Source: Gemmatimonadaceae bacterium
GTDB lineage: Bacteria > Gemmatimonadota > Gemmatimonadetes > Gemmatimonadales > Gemmatimonadaceae
Assembly: GCA_051859245.1 (NCBI GenBank)
Contig: JBHYGA010000004.1
Coordinates: forward strand, 576,001 to 640,000
Reading direction: 5' to 3'
DNA: 64,000 nt
The translations under genes were made by a program, and so were the position numbers. Shown here in pieces: positions 9,362 through 17,942 of the stretch (position 1 is its first letter; each line of letters starts with the position of its first letter). The notes below the pieces were generated by a model. It did no database searches. It saw only the letters and a list, made by a program, of their open reading frames with translations, and was not told where the DNA came from.

Positions 9362-9385
9362 CTGCTGACAGCCTGCTGTCAGCAG
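9362..9385. promoter_or_regulatory. Perfect palindrome, candidate WYL-regulator operator
   Basis: CTGCTGACAG-CCTG-CTGTCAGCAG, about 60 nt upstream of the ABM-like gene; no U-tract. Confidence 0.55.
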
Positions 9386-9394
9386 TGTTTCGCG

Positions 9395-10951
9395 CTAGCC
9401 GAGCGCCGCCTCACGAAACTCTGCCGCCTGCCGGCGGATCTGGACGATCTCCGATTCAGGAATGCGATCCAGATTGCGAATCATCATCGCCATGCGCGGA
9501 TGATTCACAAATCGCTCGCGATGCCTGGCCAGAAAGTCCCAGTACATCATGGTGAACGGACACGCGTTCTCGCCAACCCGCTGCTTGGGATCGTAGCGAC
9601 AGCTCGCGCAATGATTGCCCATGCGCTGGATGTACGCGCCAGTGCTCACGTATGGCTTTGACGCGATCGCGCCGCCGTCACCCCACGTGGCCATACCGGC
9701 GACGTTGGGCAACTCCACCCATTCATACGCATCGGTAAACGCGGCCCAGAACCAGCGCGAAAGCGCGGCCGGCTCCACACCAAAGAGCGTTGCAAAGTTG
9801 CCCTGCACCATGAGTCGATTGATATGATGCGTGCGGCCGTGATCGCGCACCTGACAAATCGAATCGTGCAAACAACGCATGTCGCATGGCGTGCCACTGC
9901 GTTCGTCCCATGCTTCACCGTCTGGCGCCCAGAACCACTGAGGTAACGGCAGTGTGGCATCGAGTGCGTTTGCCGCACGCAAACCAGGCATGAGTTGCCA
10001 GTACATACCGCGCATGAACTCACGCCACCCAAGAATCTGTCGGATGAATCCTTCCGCGCTGGCAATCGGCACCACGCCTTCGCGATAGGCACGTTCGGCA
10101 CGCTGCACCACTTCGAGCGGATGCAACAAGCCAACGTTGATCATGGACGACAGCGATGAATGCAACAGCTCGTGCTCACCCGCCACGATCGCATCTTCAA
10201 ACGGACCAAACTCACCGAGCCGTTCCGTGACAAAACGCTCAAGCCACGCCTTGGCATCACGTCGCGTGACGGGCAGACCGAACGTGTCCACTGTGCCCCA
10301 GCGGCCGGACCAGCCGGCAACGCGCTGCATCTGCGCGCGTGTGAGCTCATCCGGTTCGACATGAAAGGGTGCGGGCACCGGCCGTCCTTTGGGCCAGGCT
10401 TTTCGGTTCTCCGCGTCGTAGTTCCACTCACCACCTTCGGGTTTTCCGTTGGCGTCCATCAGCACGTTGTATTTGCGGCGCATGTCGCGGTAAAACCACT
10501 CCATGCGGAACTCTTTACGTCCGTTGGCCCAGATGGTGAACTCCTCGCGCGTGGCGAGAAACCCGCGATCCGGACGACGCACCAGTGACACGCCGCTGCG
10601 CTGCAGGAGCAACTCCGCGCGTTCCAGCTCTTCCTGCATATCCCATTCGCGCGCTTCCGTGACCACCACGCGCCCCGCGCCCGTGTCGTGCGCCAGCTGT
10701 GCCAGCCCCTCGGCGTAGCTGTTGACGCGTTCGTACCGCACCTGGTAGCCGGCACGCGTGAGCGCGTCGGCGAAGTGCCGCATCGCGGAGAGGATGAGCA
10801 CCAACTTCTGACGGTGCCACGGCAAAGACGCGCCCTTGGCCACCGACTCAAGCAGCACCACGATCACATCATCGCGTGGTGTGGCTGGAATGTTGGCGAT
10901 CGCGCGTGAGCACTCCCACGGCGCGACAAAGGCAAGAGTTGGTCGGGGCAT
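9395..10951 (-). CDS. FeS bacterial cryptochrome/photolyase (PhrB/CryB-type, probable (6-4) photolyase)
   Basis: 'HRQKLVLILSAMRHFA', 'RMEWFYRDMRR', 'WNYDAENRK', 'EGFIRQILGWRE', 'HHINRLM', 'DAYEWVELPN'; Cys set 'MRC...HCASCRY...ACPF'. Confidence 0.9.
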   Translation of the reverse strand: MPRPTLAFVAPWECSRAIANIPATPRDDVIVVLLESVAKGASLPWHRQKLVLILSAMRHFADALTRAGYQVRYERVNSYAEGLAQLAHDTGAGRVVVTEAREWDMQEELERAELLLQRSGVSLVRRPDRGFLATREEFTIWANGRKEFRMEWFYRDMRRKYNVLMDANGKPEGGEWNYDAENRKAWPKGRPVPAPFHVEPDELTRAQMQRVAGWSGRWGTVDTFGLPVTRRDAKAWLERFVTERLGEFGPFEDAIVAGEHELLHSSLSSMINVGLLHPLEVVQRAERAYREGVVPIASAEGFIRQILGWREFMRGMYWQLMPGLRAANALDATLPLPQWFWAPDGEAWDERSGTPCDMRCLHDSICQVRDHGRTHHINRLMVQGNFATLFGVEPAALSRWFWAAFTDAYEWVELPNVAGMATWGDGGAIASKPYVSTGAYIQRMGNHCASCRYDPKQRVGENACPFTMMYWDFLARHRERFVNHPRMAMMIRNLDRIPESEIVQIRRQAAEFREAALG

Positions 10952-11112
10952 GGTGGGAAATGACAATCGCCGTCACGCGCGTTCCCGTGCTGTCCCTGCA
11001 CCCTTGCCGAGCCGATGCCCAGTCGGCAGTGTGAAGGTGCGATTGGCACCCGCCGCTGGTGTGTCGAGCGCGACTCTTGACGCGGTTTCCGCGGCGTTTC
11101 GCCGGAGCATGT

Positions 11113-12294
11113 ATGAAGTTCAGCTGGATTGGACGCGCAGGTGCGACACTACTCGTAGCGGGCGCGCTGCGTACCCTCGGTGCGCAAGGCGCGCCGCCCG
11201 CCGAGGCGCGCGCCAACGTTGCGCCCATTGCTGCGCGCGTACCGAGTCAACTTGCCGACACTACGTTCTGGCGATTGGTGAACGAACTCTCCGAACCGGC
11301 GGGGTGGTTTCGCAGCGAAAACTTTGTATCGAACGAAACACTGTGGCAGCACGTGATTGCCCCACTGCGTGCGGTGGTGCCGAAAGGTCACGCGTATCTG
11401 GGTGTGGGGCCGGAACAGAACTTCACGTACATCGCGGCGCTTGAGCCTTCGATCGCGTTTATCGTGGATATTCGACGTCAGAATCTTGCGCTGCACCTGT
11501 TGTACAAATCGTACTTTGAACTCGCCGAATCGCGCGCCGATTTTTTGAGCTTGTTGTTTGCACGACCGCGCCCCAAAGGCCTCGATTCCACAACCTCGGC
11601 AGCCGCGTTGCTCGATGCGTATTACGCCGTGCCCATGGATTCAGCGTTGTTGCACAACACATGGCAGCGGGTGCAGTCACATCTTACCAAGACGCACGGC
11701 TTTGCGATTCGCGATGATGATTGGGCGTTGATGCGTCGTGTTGACAGTTCGTTCGCGATTGCCGGGCCCGACATCAACTATTCGTTTGTGCTCGAATACG
11801 GGTTTGCCATGATGAGCACCCGCGGCATGCCCACGTTCTCCACGCTCATGCGACAGGACAACGGCGCCGGCACCAATCTCAGCTTTCTCGGCAGCGAAGC
11901 GGTGTATCGCGCGATTCGTAGCCTGCAGCAGCGCAATCTGGTTGTTCCCGTGACGGGCGACTTTGCTGGTCCGCGTGCGCTGCAGTCAGTGGGCAACTGG
12001 TTGCGCCAGCACAATACGCGCGTGGGTACGTTCTACCTCTCCAATGTGGAGCAGTATCTGTTCCAGGACTACGACACCTGGCCGCGCTTTTACAACAACG
12101 TGGCCACGTTGCCGATGGACAGTACCAGCACGTTCATTCGATCGGTCACCAATCGCTGGAATCGTGGCAGCGGCGGCGCGCTGGGGCCGTTGATGCTGCA
12201 ACTGATCGGCCCGATGCAGACCACCGTTAATGCATTTCGCGCCGGACGCGTGCAGCAGTACGGTGATGTGTTGGACATTGTGCGACCGTACTGA
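11113..12294 (+). CDS. Exported conserved protein with SAM-transferase-like motifs
   Basis: GGAG RBS, signal peptide; 'FVSNE', 'YLGVGPEQNFTYI', 'VDIRRQN', 'GDFAG', 'FYLSNVEQYL'. Confidence 0.55.
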   Translation: MKFSWIGRAGATLLVAGALRTLGAQGAPPAEARANVAPIAARVPSQLADTTFWRLVNELSEPAGWFRSENFVSNETLWQHVIAPLRAVVPKGHAYLGVGPEQNFTYIAALEPSIAFIVDIRRQNLALHLLYKSYFELAESRADFLSLLFARPRPKGLDSTTSAAALLDAYYAVPMDSALLHNTWQRVQSHLTKTHGFAIRDDDWALMRRVDSSFAIAGPDINYSFVLEYGFAMMSTRGMPTFSTLMRQDNGAGTNLSFLGSEAVYRAIRSLQQRNLVVPVTGDFAGPRALQSVGNWLRQHNTRVGTFYLSNVEQYLFQDYDTWPRFYNNVATLPMDSTSTFIRSVTNRWNRGSGGALGPLMLQLIGPMQTTVNAFRAGRVQQYGDVLDIVRPY

Positions 12295-12336
12295 ACACAA
12301 CGCTCGCCTCACGACGGCGTGAAGTGAGCGTTGTGT
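12295..12336. terminator. Hairpin between convergent genes
   Basis: ACACAACGCTCGCCTCACG-ACGG-CGTGAAGTGAGCGTTGTGT near-perfect stem. Confidence 0.55.
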
Positions 12337-12337
12337 G

Positions 12338-12778
12338 TTACACGCGAAAGGTGTCGGCGCGCCAGTGCTTGATACGCTGCTTAATCAGCTTCGGTTCGGT
12401 GAGAGATCCGGCAAGTACTTCCCGGACCAGATCAACCACTTCGGCATCGCTGGCAAACCGCAGTGCGATGAGCTGACGCGGCGTGAGCTCGTGCACGCGT
12501 GATGCGAGATCTGCCGGAAGCAAACGCGAAAGGCGCAGCTGTTCTTCGAGGCGGATAATCCGATCCTGCGCCTTGAGCGGAAACAGTCGCGAGAACGCGA
12601 CCGCACCAAACAGGGCGGCCGCCCCGACCAGGTCGAAATGACTTTCGGCGTCGCGCAGCGTGAATGCGCGCCAGATGCTCCACAGCAGGTACGCAAATGC
12701 CAGCGGCGAGGTCACGTAGTGAAAGCCCGGGACCATGCGGGCGTGGTTCGCGTAGTTCTGCGGCGTAGTGTCCGACAT
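12338..12778 (-). CDS. DUF6526-like small membrane protein
   Basis: 'QNYANH...FHYV', 'QDRIIRLEE.LR', 'QLIALRFASD', 'IKHWRAD..RV'. Confidence 0.65.
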   Translation of the reverse strand: MSDTTPQNYANHARMVPGFHYVTSPLAFAYLLWSIWRAFTLRDAESHFDLVGAAALFGAVAFSRLFPLKAQDRIIRLEEQLRLSRLLPADLASRVHELTPRQLIALRFASDAEVVDLVREVLAGSLTEPKLIKQRIKHWRADTFRV

Positions 12779-12823
12779 GTAGTGATTGTTCGGCGATGGA
12801 GGAGACTTCGGAGTCAGCGTAGT

Positions 12824-13135
12824 TCAGCGCGGTAGCTGTGCGCGCATTCGTTCAACCAGATCTTTTGACTCGCGCAGTCCGAGTCCGGTTCGCTCCCGCA
12901 CCAGTTTGATGGCGTCAATCGTGCGATTGTTCTGAATGAACGCACGCACCTCGGGGTCGTCTTCGATCAAACCGCTCTGATCACGATTTCGTGCCAGCGC
13001 GCGCGGCTGTTCGGTCCACAGCACGGTGCGATTTGCGCGGCGTCGTCCCCACACTGCACCCACCGCCACCAGCAAGAGCGCCACCACGCCAACTCCAATA
13101 AACAGAATGGATGACAGCGTGATGGTCTCTGGCAT
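12824..13135 (-). CDS. Membrane-anchored protein with ribosomal L7/L12 C-terminal-like domain
   Basis: N-terminal TM helix, then 'IDAIKLVRERTGLGLRESKDLVE'. Confidence 0.7.
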   Translation of the reverse strand: MPETITLSSILFIGVGVVALLLVAVGAVWGRRRANRTVLWTEQPRALARNRDQSGLIEDDPEVRAFIQNNRTIDAIKLVRERTGLGLRESKDLVERMRAQLPR

Positions 13136-13177
13136 ATCGTTCCTCGCGTGGCGTGCGGGCGCGGTTCGCTTCGCGTA

Positions 13178-15193
13178 TCAAATCAGCGTACGGGATACTT
13201 CGACGACACGTTCGGCGGTAATGCCGTACTGCTTGTAGAGCACCGGCGCCGGTGCGCTGGCACCAAAATCGTCGATGCTGACAATGGCGCCGTTGTCGCC
13301 TACCCAGCGATGCCACGACATGGAGTGTGCCGCTTCGACCGCCACGCGCGGAACGCCGGCGGGTAGTACACGCGTGCGATACGCGTCGTCCTGGGCGGCA
13401 AGCAGCTCAAGACTCGGCGCGCTCACAACCCGCACACGCACACCCTGTGCTTCGAGCATGGCGGCCGCGTTGAGCGCAACACCGACTTCGCTGCCCGTAG
13501 ACATCAGCACGATCTGCGGTTCGCCGCCATCGGTCTGTTGCAGTATATATGCGCCGTGTGACACGCCAATGCGCGCGCGATCCGCAATATCGAGCCAGGC
13601 CAGCTTCTGTCGCGACAATACAATCGCCACAGGTCCACCACGGTGCGCAATCGCGATCTTCCACGATTCCACAACTTCTGCCGCGTCGGCCGGACGCAAC
13701 ACGGTGAGTCCTGGAATGCAGCGCAAGCTGGTGAGATGTTCAACCGGCTGATGCGTGGGGCCGTCTTCACCGAGCCCAATGGAGTCGTGCGTGAATACAT
13801 AAATCACGCGCTGCTTCATAAGCGCGGCCAGTCGAATCGCGGGGCGCATATAATCCGCGAACACCAGGAACGTGCCGCCAAACGGAATGTTGCCGCCGTG
13901 CAGGGCAATACCATTCATGATCGCACCCATGGCGTGCTCACGAATGCCGTAGTGGACGTACCGACCTGTGGGATCGGCGGCGGTAAAGATGGACTCGCCT
14001 TTGAGCTGCGTGAGATTAGATCCCGTAAGATCTGCCGATCCACCAAGCAGTTCGGGCAGTGCCGGTGCGAGCGCGGCAAGCACGGCACCACTCGCGGCAC
14101 GACTGGCTACCGAACCGCTGGCCGCGTCAAACGACGGAAGCGCTTCCTCCCAACCGGCGGGCAAATCACCACGCTGGCGACGTTCGAGATCGCTCGCGAG
14201 CTGCGCGTGCTGTGACTGATAGGCAGCCCATCGCTGCAACCACTGCGTGCGTGTTTCTGCGCGCTGCGCGACGGCATTTCGCCAATGCTCTGCCGCTTCG
14301 GCCGGTACATGGAACGGCTCATGACTCGGCCATGCGTACACGTCTTTCGTGAGCTCGATTTCTTTGGCACCAAGCGGTTCGCCGTGCGCTTTGGCCGTGT
14401 CAGCGCGATTGGGTGAACCAAAACCAATGATGGTGCGCGTAATCACCAATGTTGGTCGCGTGGTGTCGGCTTTTGCGGCCGCGATTACGCGATCGATCGC
14501 GTCCTGATCGTTGACGTCTGCAAGATGCAGCACCTGCCACCCGTACGACGCAAAGCGTGCTTCCACATCATCGCTGCAGGTGAGATCGGTCCGTCCGTCA
14601 ATCGTGATGCGATTATCGTCGAAGAAGCCGATCAGTTTGCCGAGACCAAAGTGGCCGGCGAACGACGCCGCTTCGTGCGAGATACCTTCCATGAGGCATC
14701 CATCACCCGCGATGAAGTACGTGTAGTGATCAACGATGCGGTGTCCTTCGCGATTGAATCGTGCCGCGAGGTGACGTTCGGCGAGCGCAAATCCCACGGC
14801 GTTGGCCACACCCTGGCCGAGCGGGCCCGTGGTGGTTTCCACACCGGCCGTGTGTCCGTACTCCGGGTGTCCGGGCGTGCGTGACCCCCACTGACGGAAG
14901 GCCTTGATGTCGTCGAGCGACACATCGTACCCCGCGAGATGCAGCGATCCGTAGAGCAGCATTGAGGCGTGGCCGGCCGACAGCACCAGTCGATCACGAT
15001 CGGTCCAGTCCGGGTGCGCCGGATCATGCCGCAGGTGACGCGTGTACAGAGCGTACGCGAGCGGTGCGAGCGCCATTGGCGTGCCGGGGTGACCCGACTC
15101 CGCCTGCTGGACCGCGTCCATGGCAAGAGTGCGCACGGTATCGATGGCGAGGCGCATCGACGCGGAAGACACAGCAGCAGCAGAAACGGACAC
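13178..15193 (-). CDS. tkt: Transketolase
   Basis: 'SGHPGTPM', 'TTGPLGQG', 'GDGCLMEG', '[16 protein letters not shown]'. Confidence 0.97.
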   Translation of the reverse strand: MSVSAAAVSSASMRLAIDTVRTLAMDAVQQAESGHPGTPMALAPLAYALYTRHLRHDPAHPDWTDRDRLVLSAGHASMLLYGSLHLAGYDVSLDDIKAFRQWGSRTPGHPEYGHTAGVETTTGPLGQGVANAVGFALAERHLAARFNREGHRIVDHYTYFIAGDGCLMEGISHEAASFAGHFGLGKLIGFFDDNRITIDGRTDLTCSDDVEARFASYGWQVLHLADVNDQDAIDRVIAAAKADTTRPTLVITRTIIGFGSPNRADTAKAHGEPLGAKEIELTKDVYAWPSHEPFHVPAEAAEHWRNAVAQRAETRTQWLQRWAAYQSQHAQLASDLERRQRGDLPAGWEEALPSFDAASGSVASRAASGAVLAALAPALPELLGGSADLTGSNLTQLKGESIFTAADPTGRYVHYGIREHAMGAIMNGIALHGGNIPFGGTFLVFADYMRPAIRLAALMKQRVIYVFTHDSIGLGEDGPTHQPVEHLTSLRCIPGLTVLRPADAAEVVESWKIAIAHRGGPVAIVLSRQKLAWLDIADRARIGVSHGAYILQQTDGGEPQIVLMSTGSEVGVALNAAAMLEAQGVRVRVVSAPSLELLAAQDDAYRTRVLPAGVPRVAVEAAHSMSWHRWVGDNGAIVSIDDFGASAPAPVLYKQYGITAERVVEVSRTLI

Positions 15194-15266
15194 GGATCAC
15201 TCCGAAAAAACGGCGACGGAAGCAGGAAACGCGCGCCCGACAGGCGGTCGCGCCCAAACCTGAAAG

Positions 15267-15806
15267 TTAGCCGAGATAGCGATCGCGTGTGAGCACAAAA
15301 TGATGAGCCGCGTGGCCGGCAATCATCCAGGCCAGAGCACGGGCTGAGACCTCGTGACCACTGGCGACCGTCCGCCGGGCGAGCGCGTTCTCGTCGAGTG
15401 GCTCAAGCAACGCGAGAGTTGAGGCGCGAACGGCCCCGAACTCCGTGATCACCGAGGCGAGCGACCGCTCGTTGGCACCGGACAGCGGGACCCAGTCATC
15501 CTGCTCAAAACCGGAGAGGGCGGTCTGATCGCCGCGAGCCGCCCGGAGCAGTCGATAGCTGAAGACGCGCTCCGTATCGATGGTGTGCACGAGCGACTCG
15601 AGCAGCGACCATTTGCCGGGCGCGTAGCCCTGTCGTGCGGCGTCGTCGGTCACGCCACGCAACAAGGTGGCCAGTTCACCAGGCTGTCTCGCGAGCAGCG
15701 TGGTGAGATCGCTGAGGCCATGCGCAGTGAGCGCGGCCTCAGCGTCGCTGATGTACTTGAGCGCCCAGGGCGCGTGTTCGTCGGGGGCAGGACGTGAGAT
15801 GGTCAT
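15267..15806 (-). CDS. DinB-family protein
   Basis: 'YAPGKWS...H..DTERVF.YR', 'IAGHAAHH'. Confidence 0.85.
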   Translation of the reverse strand: MTISRPAPDEHAPWALKYISDAEAALTAHGLSDLTTLLARQPGELATLLRGVTDDAARQGYAPGKWSLLESLVHTIDTERVFSYRLLRAARGDQTALSGFEQDDWVPLSGANERSLASVITEFGAVRASTLALLEPLDENALARRTVASGHEVSARALAWMIAGHAAHHFVLTRDRYLG

Positions 15807-15827
15807 GCCCCGGAATCTATCGCGCGA

Positions 15828-16559
15828 TCAGTTGTTGAGACTGTCCATGTCCGCAACCAGCGGTTCGGCCACCAGAATCGCCACCGCGGCGCGCGTGAGG
15901 GCGGCGCGCGTTGCCTCAGGCAGGTCGGGGCGCAGCCACACGCGCCGGCGATCCCGCACAAAGATTTCCGCGTCCACCTGACCATCGGAGTTACGCAGTA
16001 CAAAACTGTTCGGGTGCGACCACAGATATGGCAGCAGTCGACGGGCACCTTTGGCCACGATTGTCCACGACTCGTCAGCGCTGGCCAGCGATCCGATCGG
16101 GAAGCCGTAGTCCGCTGCGTCCGCGCTCGTGGCGTTGGCTGCGGGGAGTGCCGCGTCCGCGGTGAGGTACCACGACTCGTTGCCGACCAGCGTGCACGAC
16201 ATGGCGAACATGCGCTGGTCTTCGAGGCGCATTTTCACGTTCTTGGCTGGTGTGACCAGGCGGTCAAGTTCGCAGTGGCTGCGACCGGGTGCGGCGGTGA
16301 GTCCGTCGTCGATATCGAACTGCACCTGCCAGCGCTCGCGCACTTCGCCGGTGAGGAAGTTGCCGCTGCGCCATTCCTTGCGGCCGCTCTCTCGGATGCG
16401 GGTGGATTTATAGGGTCCGACGCGCAGACTGCTGCCGCGCCAGCCGCCTTGATCAATAACGAGATAGCCGCTGTCGGGCTCAAACGGCGAGGGCAACGGC
16501 GTGTCGTTCGGCAAAGAACCAGTAAGGGCAATAACGGCGAACGCGAGTGAGCTGAGCAT
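15828..16559 (-). CDS. Hypothetical exported protein
   Basis: Signal-peptide-like N-terminus, beta-rich body; no family recognised. Confidence 0.55.
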   Translation of the reverse strand: MLSSLAFAVIALTGSLPNDTPLPSPFEPDSGYLVIDQGGWRGSSLRVGPYKSTRIRESGRKEWRSGNFLTGEVRERWQVQFDIDDGLTAAPGRSHCELDRLVTPAKNVKMRLEDQRMFAMSCTLVGNESWYLTADAALPAANATSADAADYGFPIGSLASADESWTIVAKGARRLLPYLWSHPNSFVLRNSDGQVDAEIFVRDRRRVWLRPDLPEATRAALTRAAVAILVAEPLVADMDSLNN

Positions 16560-16649
16560 ATGAGATCTGTCCGTGTGCAGGGTCTGCACAGTATGACGGA
16601 TTTTGCTGGTCTACAGCTTCGGGTCAGGTGACCTATCTATTGCATTCTT

Positions 16650-17834
16650 TTAACGACGTGCCACAGCCTCAAGCGATGTCGCGCACGCCAGCGCCGCCTC
16701 GGCCGACGGCGCGCTGCCCTGCGCCACCCGTGGTGTGCCACCGCCACGGCCGCCCACGTGCTGCAGTGCTTCCCGCAGCATTCGACCAGCGTCGAGCCCG
16801 CTGTCCTCGCTGGCGGCCAACAGTACTGCGGCCGGTGCGGCGCTGCTCGCGAGGAACACGGCGTGGGGTCCCTGAATGAATTGCTGGGCCAGGCTTTGCA
16901 TTGAGGCCACCGGCGCGTTGGACAGGTGCACCACGTGAATGCGTCGACCATTGTCTGCTGGCGCGGTGGTGTCGTACAGCGCGCGCGCCTCAAAGGCCGC
17001 GAGCTGCTCAAGCAGACGTGCCCGGTCCTTGCTCGTGTTGCGAAGTTCGGTCTGCAGGGCGTTGACCAGCGCCGGCGTTTCTTCTGCGGCGGCCGAGAGC
17101 AACACGCCAATCTGTTGTGTGATTTCATAATCGGCGCGCGCCCGGGCGATCGCGCGCGCTCCACAACGAAACTCAACGCGTGTGGCGCCCCGTGCGCGCT
17201 CGGACTTTCGCAGCAACACCGGTCCAATGGCACCCGTGCGACTCACGTGTGTGCCGCCGCACGCATTTTTGTCGAGGCCCGCGATTGATACGATGCGCAG
17301 CACGCCGCCACGCTCACTGGGCTTGCGCAAGCCAGTCGCGGTTTCGGCGTTCTCAAACGAAACGGAAATCTCGCGATTCTCCGCGACATACACATTGGCT
17401 ATGCGCTCAGCTTCCCGCAGTGCATCCGGGTCAACTGTGTCGGACGCCAAATCGAGCGACGCACTCTCGGCGCCAAAGTGCACACTCACCGTTGGCCAGC
17501 CGAATTGATCCTCGAAAAGCGCCGACAACAGATGCTGCCCACTGTGTTGTTGCATGTGATCAAACCGGCGCGGCCAGTTCACCGTTCCGGATACGTCCGT
17601 CACACCGAGGGGCAGCGGTGATTCCAGTACGTGTAACACCTGATCGTGTTCTTCGACGACGTCAACCACCCGAATGCCTGCGAGGACGCCCGTGTCGTGC
17701 GGTTGCCCGCCACTGGTGGGGTAAAACGCCGACCGGTCCAGCACAATCCGGCAGCGCGTGTCATCGTGCGCGATCACCGACGCGTTGAACTCCACGAGTG
17801 TGGCATCGGTGTAGTAGAGTCGTTCGGTGATCAT
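16650..17834 (-). CDS. Alanyl-tRNA editing protein (AlaX-L type, with DHHA1/C-Ala domain)
   Basis: 'AFYPTSGGQPHD', 'HMQQHSGQHLL', 'CGGTH', 'GRGGG...AQG'. Confidence 0.9.
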   Translation of the reverse strand: MITERLYYTDATLVEFNASVIAHDDTRCRIVLDRSAFYPTSGGQPHDTGVLAGIRVVDVVEEHDQVLHVLESPLPLGVTDVSGTVNWPRRFDHMQQHSGQHLLSALFEDQFGWPTVSVHFGAESASLDLASDTVDPDALREAERIANVYVAENREISVSFENAETATGLRKPSERGGVLRIVSIAGLDKNACGGTHVSRTGAIGPVLLRKSERARGATRVEFRCGARAIARARADYEITQQIGVLLSAAAEETPALVNALQTELRNTSKDRARLLEQLAAFEARALYDTTAPADNGRRIHVVHLSNAPVASMQSLAQQFIQGPHAVFLASSAAPAAVLLAASEDSGLDAGRMLREALQHVGGRGGGTPRVAQGSAPSAEAALACATSLEAVARR

Positions 17835-17942
17835 CAGCAACAAAAGATAGAGGTGAGGTCGCTTGACGAGCGTGCGACTGTCAGGGAGGTTGCACAGGCG
17901 CACGCCCGGACACGCTTTTCCACACAACACTCAACGCCACGC

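Noticed and set aside
12824..13135. Calling this gene rplL
   Set aside because: Has a TM anchor instead of the L10-binding domain and is not in an rplJ/rpoB context
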